Source: an uncultured bacterium
GTDB lineage: Bacteria > Abyssobacteria > SURF-5
Direction: 5' to 3'
Length of the DNA: 15,943 bases
Assembly (NCBI GenBank): GCA_964510165.1
Contig: CAZEBC010000088.1
Coordinates: forward strand, 1 to 15,943
The notes below the pieces were generated by a model. That model was not told where the DNA came from. It saw nothing but the letters and a program-made list of their open reading frames with translations, and made no database searches. The position numbers were made by a program, and so were the translations under genes. This document shows, one piece after another, positions 15,181 through 15,943 of the stretch; the first letter of the stretch is position 1, and every line of letters begins with the position of its first letter.

Positions 15181-15699
15181 CTATGCGGCTTCCTTTTTCT
15201 TGCGAAGGTCGTCCAGAGCGTATCCGAGCTTCTGGATGATGCTGTTCATCGCGGTTGCCAGCCCGACCATTGGCGCCATGATCTGGCCCAACACCTGCCC
15301 GAGCAGCACCTCTCTGGGCGGCAGGGTCGCAATAGTCTGCATCTGCGCCTGGTCGAACAGCCGCCCGCCGATGAGCGCGCATTTTATCCTGAGGTTCGGA
15401 TTTGTCTTCATGAATTCCGTCAGCACCTTCGCCGGCGCAACCGGGTCCTCTGCGAAGGCGTAGCCGGTCGGCCCCTCGATGAACTGGAGGAGCGCCTGAT
15501 GTCCGGCCTTGGCTGCGGCGATTCGTCCGAGGGTGTTCTTGAAGACGCGGTACTCGATGCCGGTTTTCCTGAACTGCTCTCTCAATTGGGTGATGGCGGC
15601 CACGTTGAGGCCCTGATAATCGGTCAGGATCGCCACCCGATGCTGGGAGAGTTTGCCCGTCATTTCGTCAACCAGCTTCTCTTTTTCCGGCCTTGGCAT
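15181..15699 (-). CDS. rplJ: 50S ribosomal protein L10
   Basis: DYQGLNV, LR..YRVFKNTL, GPT, IATLPPRE. Directly upstream of rplL. Confidence 0.97.
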   Translation of the reverse strand: MPRPEKEKLVDEMTGKLSQHRVAILTDYQGLNVAAITQLREQFRKTGIEYRVFKNTLGRIAAAKAGHQALLQFIEGPTGYAFAEDPVAPAKVLTEFMKTNPNLRIKCALIGGRLFDQAQMQTIATLPPREVLLGQVLGQIMAPMVGLATAMNSIIQKLGYALDDLRKKKEAA

Positions 15700-15736
15700 A
15701 ATGTGGCTCCTTCAAGCGGTGCGTGAATAGTCGCCG

Positions 15737-15772
15737 AAAACAAAATACCCCTGCCGCCTTCGCGACAGAGGT
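15737..15772 (-). terminator. Attenuator terminator in the rplJ leader
   Basis: Minus strand ACCTCTGTCGC-GAAG-GCGGCAGGGGT (11 bp, 2 G-U pairs) followed by ATTTTGTTTT. Confidence 0.7.
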
Positions 15773-15794
15773 CATTAGATTCATTGGCTCTTTG

Positions 15795-15857
15795 CCCGTC
15801 TCGGAAGGCGACAATTAAGTTCCGCCGTTGGGCGGAACGCCCTCTGTCTTAGACGCT
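15795..15857 (-). ncRNA. Ribosomal protein L10 leader (cis-regulatory RNA)
   Basis: GTCTAAGACAGAGGGG..hairpin GTTCCGCC/GGCGGAAC..TTAA..CCTTCCGAGAC upstream of rplJ, matching the AGAC..UUAA..CCGAG layout of L10 leaders. Confidence 0.8.
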
Positions 15858-15871
15858 GCGACCGTGCCTAA

Positions 15872-15900
15872 AAGATAGCAGATTTGTTGCCTCTTGTCAA
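15872..15900 (-). promoter_or_regulatory. sigma70 promoter of rplJL
   Basis: TTGACA (15900-15895), 17 bp, TATCTT (15877-15872) with a TGn extension. Confidence 0.75.
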
Positions 15901-15943
15901 GTTGTATCCGAAGATTGGAAGATTGGGTGTGCGACATGAGTGG

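Overview
A GC-rich bacterial chromosomal window that is mostly housekeeping and metabolic. In order it holds an FHA-domain gene, a lipoprotein, an old-yellow-enzyme family oxidoreductase, a LonC-like protease, an orphan octaheme HAO-family cytochrome c, mutL-miaA, and a minus-strand run rplJ-rplL-cysS-(group II cysteine desulfurase)-(NifS/IscS)-DUF3343-exported protein, with an L10-leader attenuator upstream of rplJ. The most interesting signals are intergenic and absent from the ORF track. (1) A 34-aa Lys/Ala/Pro histone-H1-tail-like mini-gene (6939-7043) has a perfect consensus sigma70 promoter overlapped by two tandem NrdR-box-like motifs. Its predicted mRNA is closed end-to-end by a perfect 15-bp 5'UTR/3'UTR inverted repeat. 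(2) A candidate ~77-nt sRNA (5113-5189, minus strand) has its own promoter, a C/U-rich seed and a terminator. (3) A dispersed GGGGACA..TGTCCCC palindrome family occurs in three copies. (4) A GTAG-type REP supplies the stop codons of two convergent genes. No transposase, phage gene, CRISPR array, tRNA or rRNA was seen. All calls come from motifs read by eye; no database searches were run.
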